From positions 1 through 64,000 of the IMG/VR virus record IMGVR_UViG_3300031251_000970: a DNA stretch of 64,000 bases; one strand, given 5' to 3'. The position numbers were made by a program, and so were the translations under genes. This DNA comes from a virus. Shown piece after piece: positions 1 through 7,899 of this stretch. Within the stretch, counting starts at the first letter, position 1. Every line of letters starts with the position of its first letter. Below the pieces are notes generated by a model. It was not told the DNA's origin, did not search any database, and saw only the letters and a list, made by a program, of their open reading frames with translations.

Positions 1-357
1 CTGAATCGCTCCGGCGATATTCACGCCGTCCGCGACCGTCACCATGAACATTCGACCCGCTTCGACTTTTGTTCCGATAACCTGATTCGTTGCGACGTCC
101 GTAATTGTCACATTATTCGCGGGAATTGGAACCGGCTGCGGATCGATTGGCGTCGGAGGATTGACGACCGGCTTTACCGGATCGACTGGAGGAGTCACGA
201 CATTTGGCGTCGGCGTGACGATTACTGTCGGAGTCACCGGACCGGGCTTGATCGCACTTCCGCCAAGCATTGCGGCGATAATCAGTACGATGGTATTGAA
301 AATCTTATTCCAGTCGGTTTTCGCTGGAACGACCGGAACTGGATTTACTTGACTCAT
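1..357 (-). CDS. Partial membrane-anchored Pro-rich protein (runs off the window start)
   Basis: Manual translation from ATG 357: MSQVNPVPVVPAKTDWNKIFNTIVLIIAAMLGGSAIKPGPVTPTVIVTPTPN...; hydrophobic helix then P/V/T linker; GGA-type RBS; not in the ORF track because it has no stop in the window. Confidence 0.75.
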   Translation of the reverse strand, partial: MSQVNPVPVVPAKTDWNKIFNTIVLIIAAMLGGSAIKPGPVTPTVIVTPTPNVVTPPVDPVKPVVNPPTPIDPQPVPIPANNVTITDVATNQVIGTKVEAGRMFMVTVADGVNIAGAIQ

Positions 358-395
358 TTCCCGCTCCGCAATGTGTCTTTCGAGGCTCAGTACAA

Positions 396-656
396 TCACG
401 CAGCTTGTGGGTTCAGAATAGCCTCGATACGTTTCAACATCGGCAGTAACTTTGGGAGCCATCCCACTGCCTCGACAACCAGAGGATTCGCGAGCAGATT
501 GAACGGCGGAGGAAGTTCCGCCGAAATCGGAGCGAGATTCGCCATGATCGCGATAATTTCAGGCTCCGCGTCGATGATTTCCTTGAGAATCAGAGCGATT
601 CCATTCGCATCGAATGCCGGATTTGTCGGAACTGCTGGAGTTTCGCCGCTTGACAT
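396..656 (-). CDS. Hypothetical hydrophobic protein (possibly lysis or envelope associated)
   Basis: 86 aa ORF with AAGGGA RBS, co-oriented with neighbours. Confidence 0.6.
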   Translation of the reverse strand: MSSGETPAVPTNPAFDANGIALILKEIIDAEPEIIAIMANLAPISAELPPPFNLLANPLVVEAVGWLPKLLPMLKRIEAILNPQAA

Positions 657-665
657 GAGAATCCC

Positions 666-1049
666 TTAGCTGTTTGAGGCTTCAATCAATGCCGCTGCGA
701 TCGTCGGAGTGTCGGTCGTGCGGGCTTTCATCAGAGTTGCCGTTGAAATCGCGTCGAGTTTGTCGCGACCGAGCCGAACTTCTCCTCGTTGCCGTGCCGC
801 TCGCCTGGCTTGCGGACGCATTTGATTCAGGATCGACTGATCGAAGGTTTGGCTCGGCACATCGAAATGATCGTTCAGATGTTCCTGCAATGCATCTGCG
901 GTCGCCGTTGAGGGGATCATGGAATTGATCCAGCATTTGAGCACAATCGGCAGAAGTGTTTCTACGAGAGCCGCGATGATAACCTCGGCAATCCCAAGGT
1001 TCTGAGCGGAATCAGAGGCGATTGAAGCGGAGAATTCTTTAATCGCCAT
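666..1049 (-). CDS. Hypothetical protein with N-terminal hydrophobic segment
   Basis: 127 aa ORF, LGIAEVIIAALVETLLPIVL segment. Confidence 0.65.
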   Translation of the reverse strand: MAIKEFSASIASDSAQNLGIAEVIIAALVETLLPIVLKCWINSMIPSTATADALQEHLNDHFDVPSQTFDQSILNQMRPQARRAARQRGEVRLGRDKLDAISTATLMKARTTDTPTIAAALIEASNS

Positions 1050-1093
1050 GATTTGATTCCAAATGGTTGATTTCGCGGAACTCCGATCCGAAT

Positions 1094-1396
1094 TTACTTT
1101 CCGCAGTCGCAGTTTTTACGATTGCAGCCGCACGAACAGCGAGTTTTGGTTCGAGTACGGGTCGTCGAGACGGTCGTTCTCGTGGCCGATACGCAGCGTT
1201 CGACCTGCGAGGTTCGAACGGGAGTGACGGTTTCGACGGTTCGCGTTTCCACGATCGTCGGGCGAGAGACGGTTTCTTCGACGACGACGGTTCGAGGAGT
1301 GATTTCGCGAACGACTGTTTTCGTTCGAGTGACCCCGGCGTCGACCGTAAGGCAAGAGAAAATGCAGGCAGAAACGGTCAAATAATGGAATCGCAT
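1094..1396 (-). CDS. Small secreted Thr/Val/Arg-rich protein with Cys-rich tail
   Basis: Signal-peptide-like MRFHYLTVSACIFSCLTVDA; C-terminal CSCGCNRKNCDCGK; start moved to ATG 1396. Confidence 0.6.
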   Translation of the reverse strand: MRFHYLTVSACIFSCLTVDAGVTRTKTVVREITPRTVVVEETVSRPTIVETRTVETVTPVRTSQVERCVSATRTTVSTTRTRTKTRCSCGCNRKNCDCGK

Positions 1397-1508
1397 TGAT
1401 ATCTTTCTGAATTCGCGGAAGTCGAAAATCTGAAGCAAGTTTGGGATTCCTGCTTCAGATTGTCAATATCATCGCTCAATTCAGAAGTTACGATTCGCTC
1501 CGCGTCGG

Positions 1509-2105
1509 TTATTCGGCGAACGATAATCCGAGTTCTTTCGCTCGAATCGACCACATCGTTTCGGCTTCGCGATAATCCCAGCAGCGGAAATCGACATGGA
1601 TTCGCGGAACTTCGTCTTCGCCGGTCCAATGCTCGTTATCGGCGGAAAACAATCGCCGTCTTTCCGCAATCAGCATTGCTCGGTCAATTTTCTTGACGTC
1701 CCCGAATTCCGCATTGAAATCGATTTGGAACTTCTCTGCGATCACCCGCATGATTCGAGATTCGATCAAATCATATCCGCTGATCATTTCCTTGAGTGGC
1801 TTCTGCAAATCGCAAATGAAGGCTTCCGCCGCGTCATGCATCAAGGCCGCAATCTGAGTTTCAGTCGTCAGTCCCGCATCCAGAGCGACTCTCGCACAAT
1901 GATAGGAATGCTCTGCGACTGAATAAAATGACTCGATTTGACCTCCGAATCGGCATTGTCTCGCCAATCCGCAAGCGATGTCGCCGAGCGTGATTTGATC
2001 AGGCTGCGGATCGAGCAGGTCGAGATATTTCCCGCTGCGAAGTCGGATTGTGTCGCCTCGACAGCCGAACGCTCGTTTGATTTCTACGGATTCAATTTCA
2101 GTCAT
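1509..2105 (-). CDS. HD-domain phosphohydrolase (YfbR/YfdR-like nucleotidase)
   Basis: RFGGQ...YSVAEHS...ALMHDAAEAFICD motifs. Confidence 0.9.
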   Translation of the reverse strand: MTEIESVEIKRAFGCRGDTIRLRSGKYLDLLDPQPDQITLGDIACGLARQCRFGGQIESFYSVAEHSYHCARVALDAGLTTETQIAALMHDAAEAFICDLQKPLKEMISGYDLIESRIMRVIAEKFQIDFNAEFGDVKKIDRAMLIAERRRLFSADNEHWTGEDEVPRIHVDFRCWDYREAETMWSIRAKELGLSFAE

Positions 2106-2367
2106 GAATGATTCCTTTTCTGCTATCGAGGTATTCTTGTCCCTTATCGGTCAATTCAAAGTCGCCGCTACATCCGCAGCAACATCCGTCTATGAGTCCA
2201 CGCCCCATCAGTTGTCGCATTTTCGCGAGCACGAGTTTATCAGAGACCCCTATCGGCATTGCCCTGCGGACGGAATTTTCAAATGTGTCTTCAAACCAAT
2301 TCGCCCACGGATCACAGGTTCGAAGGAATTCGAGAATCGGAACATCCGGGATGTCCTTGCATTGCAT
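2098..2367 (-). CDS. Hypothetical phage protein
   Basis: 89 aa, RGLIDGCCCGCSGDFELT motif; overlaps the next gene's start. Confidence 0.7.
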   Translation of the reverse strand: MQCKDIPDVPILEFLRTCDPWANWFEDTFENSVRRAMPIGVSDKLVLAKMRQLMGRGLIDGCCCGCSGDFELTDKGQEYLDSRKGIIHD

Positions 2368-2389
2368 AGGTGATTCACTTTCGCGTTCT

Positions 2390-2623
2390 TCATTGAGATT
2401 GCTCGCGAAAGGCCCAGACGCACTTCGCGATTCGGAATTTGATATTTGGATACTCCTTACGATAAATCCCCAAAAGCATCGATGCCTCTGCCAAATCTCG
2501 TATCAGACACGTGACGACCTCCCAGTCGTTTTCGCCATCGGATTCTTGGATTACGATATCCTGTTTAATCTGCCACCCGAGACGTTGAATCATCCATGCC
2601 CACCACGGTATTGATTCGCTCAT
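2390..2623 (-). CDS. Probable independent 77 aa hypothetical protein (MSESIPWWAW...)
   Basis: GGAGA RBS and ATGA overlap with the stop of the 2620..2820 frame. Confidence 0.55.
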   Translation of the reverse strand: MSESIPWWAWMIQRLGWQIKQDIVIQESDGENDWEVVTCLIRDLAEASMLLGIYRKEYPNIKFRIAKCVWAFREQSQ

Positions 2624-3559
2624 AGAGATTCTCCGGTGACAATAGAAACGGTCGTTTTGATTTTCTCGATCAAGGACTCTCGGCTTTTCGTCGGAATCCA
2701 TCCGTCCACATTGCGTTTTATGCCTGGCCTCCAAAGTGAACGCGATACCGTCGTCGCTCCATCCTTTTCCGCCAGGGCCGGATGTAAGATTTTCGGACTC
2801 CATCCGTTCCTGCATCGCAATTATCCTGCCCGAGTACGCGTCCTGACCCGAGTATGATCCCGGATGCGAATCGGCACATAGAGCACCGACAACCTCGACT
2901 ATATGACCGTCGCAGGCTCCGTCTGTGCCCGGAAAACCTCCTGCTGAAGTGCGAGCTTCAAGTGTTCCGGCAACTCTTTCCCCCGCTTTTCTGCTCGGCG
3001 CAGGATGCCCGCGCAAGCCTTCGCGGAGAGAAAGTATTTCTGAGCCACAACCGGTTCCAGAATGTCCGCGAGCGAACACGCCGAACCACCTTCTTCGACG
3101 CTGAGCCAGTCCGAAGTATTGAGCGTCCACAAGCCTTCCGCATCCGAAATAACCGCAGTCTCGAAGCGAAAAGAGGACTCTTGCGAAATCTCGTCCGCAG
3201 TCAGAGCTTGATAGTCCGGCCACATTTTCCCAGACAACAATTGAGGGTTTAAGTTCATTGATGACACGCAGCATTTCCCAATAGAGTCCAGAACGAGCAC
3301 CATCCATCAATCCGGCTCGTTTTCCTGCAACTGATAAGTCCTGACACGGAAACCCGCCACAGACGACATCGACTTTTGGAAGGTTTTCGCTTCCGCAGTC
3401 GCGGATATCTTTTCTACGCAGCACACCAGGCCAACGAACCGAAAGCACCTTGTTAGCCGAAGGATCAATCTCGACCTGCCATGCGCTGGACATCCCGGAT
3501 TGTTCGAATCCAAGATCGAAACCTCCCATGCCAGCGAAAAACGATCCAAATGTCAGCAC
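2390..3559 (-). CDS. C5 cytosine DNA methyltransferase, apparently lacking C-terminal motifs IX-X and running in frame into an unrelated small ORF
   Basis: Motif I FAGMGG, motif IV GGFPCQD, motif VI ENV, motif VIII QRRRR; no recognisable motif X. Confidence 0.85.
   Translation of the reverse strand: MLTFGSFFAGMGGFDLGFEQSGMSSAWQVEIDPSANKVLSVRWPGVLRRKDIRDCGSENLPKVDVVCGGFPCQDLSVAGKRAGLMDGARSGLYWEMLRVINELKPSIVVWENVAGLSSSDCGRDFARVLFSLRDCGYFGCGRLVDAQYFGLAQRRRRWFGVFARGHSGTGCGSEILSLREGLRGHPAPSRKAGERVAGTLEARTSAGGFPGTDGACDGHIVEVVGALCADSHPGSYSGQDAYSGRIIAMQERMESENLTSGPGGKGWSDDGIAFTLEARHKTQCGRMDSDEKPRVLDRENQNDRFYCHRRISMSESIPWWAWMIQRLGWQIKQDIVIQESDGENDWEVVTCLIRDLAEASMLLGIYRKEYPNIKFRIAKCVWAFREQSQ
2899..3303 (-). 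CDS. Nested alternative-frame methyltransferase accessory polypeptide (M.EcoHK31I beta-like arrangement); exact start uncertain
   Basis: CSLADILE...KYFLSAKACAGILRRAEKRGKELP motif lying wholly inside the C5-MTase gene in another frame. Confidence 0.7.
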   Translation of the reverse strand: MVLVLDSIGKCCVSSMNLNPQLLSGKMWPDYQALTADEISQESSFRFETAVISDAEGLWTLNTSDWLSVEEGGSACSLADILEPVVAQKYFLSAKACAGILRRAEKRGKELPEHLKLALQQEVFRAQTEPATVI

Positions 3560-3569
3560 GCCATCCCCC

Positions 3570-3965
3570 TCAACTGTTGCCGGGTTTTGATTTCAGATCA
3601 GACTTATCAATCCGCATCGCATTACACTCGATCGCAGGCGGTTTACTCTCAATCCTCTGTGCCTCGATCGCCGAAAGCCTTCCGAGTTCCGTTCTCAATC
3701 GTTCGTGCGATTTGATCAAATGGAAAATCTGAGTTCGCACTGATGCTCCAATATATCCGTCTAAGGCTCTGTCGACGGCAACGTTAATCCTCGCTACCTG
3801 CTCAGATTCCATAATCGGCGTCTGCATTTTCTTGGCATCATTGAACGCTAAATGACCTTCGACACAAGCACGGTCATCCCAATTGTCTTCCGGCATCTCA
3901 CCGATAATTAGCTTCCGGTCATTGTCGCGGAAACTCATAGTTTCACCGCTTTCCTTTGCCGTCAC
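3570..3965 (-). CDS. Hypothetical protein
   Basis: 131 aa ORF; start may be the internal ATG after a GGTGA RBS. Confidence 0.55.
   Translation of the reverse strand: MTAKESGETMSFRDNDRKLIIGEMPEDNWDDRACVEGHLAFNDAKKMQTPIMESEQVARINVAVDRALDGYIGASVRTQIFHLIKSHERLRTELGRLSAIEAQRIESKPPAIECNAMRIDKSDLKSKPGNS
3572..3597. repeat. 26-bp dispersed direct repeat, copy 1
   Basis: aactgttgccgggttttgatttcaga, identical to 26703..26728. Confidence 0.9.
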
Positions 3966-4033
3966 TCCGGCAGTAAGTCAAAACTCCGCACTAATCAGAC
4001 TCCTAACAGTTTCGGCGAACGATTGCAAATGCT

Positions 4034-4285
4034 TCACGTCACCATAAATGAACCAACTTCGACGTCGAAATAGAAATCCCTGGTCTTCCTGAACCTCAAA
4101 ACAATCCTGAACCCCTTCCACCGCTTAGGAACAACTCGACTTACCGAGTATTTGCCGCCTCCTTTAGTAAAGACGCTCACAACAAACTCGTTCTGCCTAT
4201 GACCCATAAATGTTATCGAGACAAACCACTTCCGGAGGCGTAGCTTTTGAAATAGCGAATCCATTGCTTCCTTGGGACTACCCAT
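4034..4285 (-). CDS. Hypothetical basic protein
   Basis: 83 aa ORF with GAGGAG RBS. Confidence 0.55.
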   Translation of the reverse strand: MGSPKEAMDSLFQKLRLRKWFVSITFMGHRQNEFVVSVFTKGGGKYSVSRVVPKRWKGFRIVLRFRKTRDFYFDVEVGSFMVT

Positions 4286-4289
4286 AATC

Positions 4290-4568
4290 TTACTCCTCTT
4301 CCCGCATCCGCTCGATCGCGGCGTTTAGTGTGGTTTGCTCGATCGTTGTCAGCGGACCGTCTGGCGTGTGCTCCCGAGTAACGAGCTTGACCGGAATTTC
4401 TTCGCCGGATTCGAGCCGCTCACTGAAACGTTTTAGGGCAGTGAGCGTCTGACGCTCTGCCTTCCGCCGCTTGAACTCGTAACGGATCGCATCAATAACC
4501 ACATAGGCGACTTTGCCGAGTGCACAACCAACCAGTAACGGAACCGCGTAATTGATGATGACGCTCAT
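4290..4568 (-). CDS. Hypothetical membrane-anchored protein
   Basis: N-terminal hydrophobic segment, GGAG RBS. Confidence 0.6.
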   Translation of the reverse strand: MSVIINYAVPLLVGCALGKVAYVVIDAIRYEFKRRKAERQTLTALKRFSERLESGEEIPVKLVTREHTPDGPLTTIEQTTLNAAIERMREEE

Positions 4569-4744
4569 TTAATTCGACTCCGGAAACGTGCTTTTCCCGC
4601 TCTTGATCCAATTCTTAATCCGCCGCTGAACAGCCTCCGATTCCGGCTTGCTCAAAAAACCGTGCAGCGACAACAGCGTCTTGCAATATTTGACGCGGTC
4701 GATCGCCGTCTCGGGTTTCACTTCTGTCAGTCGTGTGCCAGGCG

Positions 4745-4963
4745 TCAAGTTGCATACCTTTCATTCACAGTGAATTCCCTCCAGTGCCGCCCATTGCAGA
4801 TGTTGCCGACATGTTTGACGCTGACTCCGAACAGCGCCGCAATCTCGCGACGGTCGACTCCGTTGCGCACGCACCGCACGATATGCCGAACCTCCTGCCG
4901 CGTCAGTTTGGATTGCGGGTTCAGTTCGCCAACCGTAGGCTGGATGTGGATGTATGTTTTCAA
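4745..4963 (-). CDS. Small helix-turn-helix DNA-binding protein
   Basis: GELNPQSKLT...RREIAALFGVSVKHVGNI, resembling the C-terminal HTH of phage HNH proteins. Confidence 0.75.
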   Translation of the reverse strand: MKTYIHIQPTVGELNPQSKLTRQEVRHIVRCVRNGVDRREIAALFGVSVKHVGNICNGRHWREFTVNERYAT

Positions 4964-5149
4964 AATGGAACGTCGCCTTCCCCTCGCTCGAAGTATTCGG
5001 CAAGTTCCGTCACCTGCACGTCAGATTTCGAATAGGCCGCGATCGGACCGAGGACGACGAACTGATGTCCAGGTTTCTCTTTCGCGAGCCGATCGGCCTT
5101 CATTGTATATCTGTTCGCGGTCCGCTTTGGATATTTTCGTTTTTGCCAT
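4960..5149 (-). pseudogene. Probable chimeric remnant: an N-terminal fragment joined out of frame to a copy of the C-terminus of the 17223..17939 protein
   Basis: ADRLAKEKPGHQFVVLGPIAAY...GDVPF resembles AKRLAKQYPGVTFTVLGPVSSY...SDIPF; ATG 5149 is in a different frame. Confidence 0.45.
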
Positions 5150-5173
5150 GTTGCTCTACTTTCAAAATGAAAT

Positions 5174-5211
5174 AAAAACGGGAGCCGCACATTCGTACGG
5201 CTTAATCCCGT
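5174..5211 (-). terminator. Rho-independent terminator-like hairpin
   Basis: Minus strand ACGGGA-TTAAGCCGTAC-GAAT-GTGCGGCT-CCCGT followed by TTTT. Confidence 0.55.
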
Positions 5212-5277
5212 CTCCTCGCATCGGCAAACGGACTGGCGATAAATCGACAGTTATTCCGCAGCCCCTGCGACGCTTGC

Positions 5278-6330
5278 CTACAATTCGCTTGGTTCTAATT
5301 CGGTCTCTTCGGTCGAATGCGGCTCGTCATCGCCGAATAGCGTTTCTTGTTCCTCGGATGTGAGATTGATCGATGCGAGATTTTTTACGGCCTGCCGATA
5401 GTAAGACGGCTTTAATTCCACACCGATTCCGAGTCGGCCATTCATGACCGCACCGGCGATTTCGCTTCCGACGCCCATGAATGGCGAGAAGACTTTCTCT
5501 CCAGGATTCGTCCACATTTCTACGCCGCGTTCGATGACATCGAGTTGCAAGGGATGTTGATGACGCTCGTCTTCCGCGTCGCGAGCTTCCTTATATTTCA
5601 GGACTCGCGATAGTCTGATGTCGTCCCACACGCACGACGCATAGTGTCGCCAAATCCAATGCGAGAAACGATTCTCCGTCTGCTTTCCTTTCCAATTCTT
5701 GAACCGATGCAGTTCCCTTGGGACTTCGCGTTCGCCGCAGTATTTCAGAAATCCATTCTCATGAGTCACCGGGATTGGATTCTCGCCTCGCTTGCGGAAT
5801 GGAATCAAATAATCCCCTGCCGCGACATTCGTTTTTGTAGAATCTTCCGTAATCTGCCGATGTGCCAACGCCTTCGCCATTGTACGGTTTCGAACTTCAA
5901 GCGGTTCTTTCCAAATGCTGATTCGCGGCAAATAGTCGAATCCGATCTTCTGATGCAGCCGAATGATGTCTCCGGGGAAATCGGAATACCCGCAGATGTT
6001 CGCACCTCCACAGGGGATGTCGGTACAATGAACCGCAGAGATTCGACCGGGAATCATGATCCGATGAATCTCTCGCACGAGAAACTCATAATGCTCGAAA
6101 AACTCCGCATACGATCGTGAATTCGAGAAGTCGCGGTCCGAACTGCTGTAATTGTAGAGGCACGATCCGCCGCCGGCTCCGCTCACGGTTCCAGCCGCTC
6201 CATCTACAGCGAACGGCGGAGAATAGATCGACATGTGAATCGATTCTGCGGGAATCGTTTGGATCATTTCCACGCAATCGCCGTTGTACAAAGCGTATTG
6301 ATCGGTGATCACTTGTTTCTTCACAGCCAT
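5278..6330 (-). CDS. DNA amino-methyltransferase (N4C/N6A family)
   Basis: GDC...YSPPF catalytic motif, HPLQLDVIER, VFSPFMGVGS SAM-binding motif. Confidence 0.9.
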   Translation of the reverse strand: MAVKKQVITDQYALYNGDCVEMIQTIPAESIHMSIYSPPFAVDGAAGTVSGAGGGSCLYNYSSSDRDFSNSRSYAEFFEHYEFLVREIHRIMIPGRISAVHCTDIPCGGANICGYSDFPGDIIRLHQKIGFDYLPRISIWKEPLEVRNRTMAKALAHRQITEDSTKTNVAAGDYLIPFRKRGENPIPVTHENGFLKYCGEREVPRELHRFKNWKGKQTENRFSHWIWRHYASCVWDDIRLSRVLKYKEARDAEDERHQHPLQLDVIERGVEMWTNPGEKVFSPFMGVGSEIAGAVMNGRLGIGVELKPSYYRQAVKNLASINLTSEEQETLFGDDEPHSTEETELEPSEL

Positions 6331-7679
6331 GCTGGCAACTCCTCTTTGATTGGGAAAATGTCTTCGTGATTGATGCGATTTGATTCGTTCATGAATTCAA
6401 CGAGTTGCGAAAACATCTCGTCAGCCTGAACTGCTTTTCGCTGATAATTCGCCCAGACTCGTTCTTCACCTTCGGTCGAAATGAAGTCACAGCGAACCGT
6501 TCGTTTTTGACCGTATCGCCAACATCGGCGAATCATTTGGTACGTCTGCTCAAACGAATGGCTGAGAAATGCAGCCATGTAGTTGCAATGCTGAAGATTC
6601 AATCCCCAGCAAGCGATCGTCGGTTTCGTCACTAACTTCGAATAGGTTCCATCGAGAAATCCGAGAAGTTTCCTTTCCTTCTCATCATCGGAATCCGCTC
6701 CGCTGACCTGCACGCATCCTTTGATCATCTTTTCGAGTAAATCGCCTTCATCGTTTAGATGACACCATGCGATTCCGAAATCATGCGGGTCGATCAGTTC
6801 GGCAACTCGCTCGCAGCGTTCTTGAATCGTTGCCCGTCGTTCCTCTCGTTGTTCTTCCAGCGTTACGGCCGGAACATCGAACAATCGTCCTTTCTGAGCA
6901 TTTCGCCGCTTGATGATCTCTTGTTCGACAACAAGCGGCGGAAGATCGAATCCTTCATCTGAGAATCCAAGATCGGAGGGTTTGCGACAGGCTCTCGCCC
7001 ACGAACAAACCCATCGCCAAAATGCTTTCTTCGCATGTTCGCGGAATCGATATTTTGATCGTCCCCATGCGTGATGACCGCCTTGTTGCTCTTGCTTGAA
7101 AAACATCGTGATCATGTCGCGATAGCCGAGTTCTCCGAGCACTTCGGAGGATGTGCCGAGTTCATGATAATCGTTTGGAGCCGCTGTCGCGGTCGCCAAT
7201 AACCGATAGGGAATCTTTCGAGTGAACTCCTTGACGATCGCTTTCGTTGCAGAATCCGCGTCTTTAAGGCGGCTCGATTCGTCGGCTACGAATCCACTGA
7301 AATCGTTCGGACTGAAATATCCTAGTCGCTCATAGTTCGTGATGACGATCTTTTGATTGATTTTGCCTTCTCTCGATACTTCGGCATTCAATCCAAACTT
7401 GCTCGCTTCTTTCGAGAATTGATGGCCGACGGCAAGAGGCGTCGAAATGAGTACGGGCTTGTTCGTATGCTCTATGACATTTTGTGCCCACACGAGCGAC
7501 TGAATACTTTTCCCCAACCCGCAATCTTCAAGTAAAGCCGATCGCCCTTTTCGGATTGACCAGCCTGTCAAACTCGACTGAAACGGAAACAAAAACTCCG
7601 GCATCCAAATCGGTTCGAAGCCGCTATCGTTGTCGATCTGGCCTTTCCGCCGAATAAACTCTTCATAATCGTCCGACAT
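6321..7679 (-). CDS. SNF2-like superfamily 2 helicase
   Basis: DCGLGKS Walker A, DESS Walker B, TATAAPND, GLNLQHC, QMIRRCWRYGQ; start moved to ATG 7679. Confidence 0.9.
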   Translation of the reverse strand: MSDDYEEFIRRKGQIDNDSGFEPIWMPEFLFPFQSSLTGWSIRKGRSALLEDCGLGKSIQSLVWAQNVIEHTNKPVLISTPLAVGHQFSKEASKFGLNAEVSREGKINQKIVITNYERLGYFSPNDFSGFVADESSRLKDADSATKAIVKEFTRKIPYRLLATATAAPNDYHELGTSSEVLGELGYRDMITMFFKQEQQGGHHAWGRSKYRFREHAKKAFWRWVCSWARACRKPSDLGFSDEGFDLPPLVVEQEIIKRRNAQKGRLFDVPAVTLEEQREERRATIQERCERVAELIDPHDFGIAWCHLNDEGDLLEKMIKGCVQVSGADSDDEKERKLLGFLDGTYSKLVTKPTIACWGLNLQHCNYMAAFLSHSFEQTYQMIRRCWRYGQKRTVRCDFISTEGEERVWANYQRKAVQADEMFSQLVEFMNESNRINHEDIFPIKEELPAWL

Positions 7680-7691
7680 TTCGATCATTCC

Positions 7692-7813
7692 AAAAAATAG
7701 ACGCCGATGATCAGTCAGCGAATTCCGCTGTCGCAAGCGACGAATCGATGCGGCAAAAGAGGCGGAATTCATGCTGGATGACTTGACCGGCAGTAACCCC
7801 GGCTCGGCGTCTA
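7692..7813 (-). ncRNA. Putative structured RNA (branched fold ending in a U-tract)
   Basis: Outer stem TAGACGCCGA/TCGGCGTCTA, arm GCCGG-GGTTACTG-CCGGT, arm GAATTCCGC/GCGGAATTC, then T6. Confidence 0.6.
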
Positions 7814-7859
7814 AGTTCACAAATATTGGGATCGCTTGTTACTGCGGAAGCGATGGATG

Positions 7860-7888
7860 TTTGTACTCGATTGCTGCTGATTGTGCAA
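7860..7888 (-). promoter_or_regulatory. Sigma70-like promoter
   Basis: TTGCAC-17-TACAAA, followed by a CAGTAAC-loop hairpin at 7831..7854. Confidence 0.5.
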
Positions 7889-7899
7889 GAACTTTCGAA

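Noticed and set aside
7680-7820. N-terminal extension of the helicase
   Set aside because: Not protein-like and coincides with the structured RNA; ATG 7679 is preferred.
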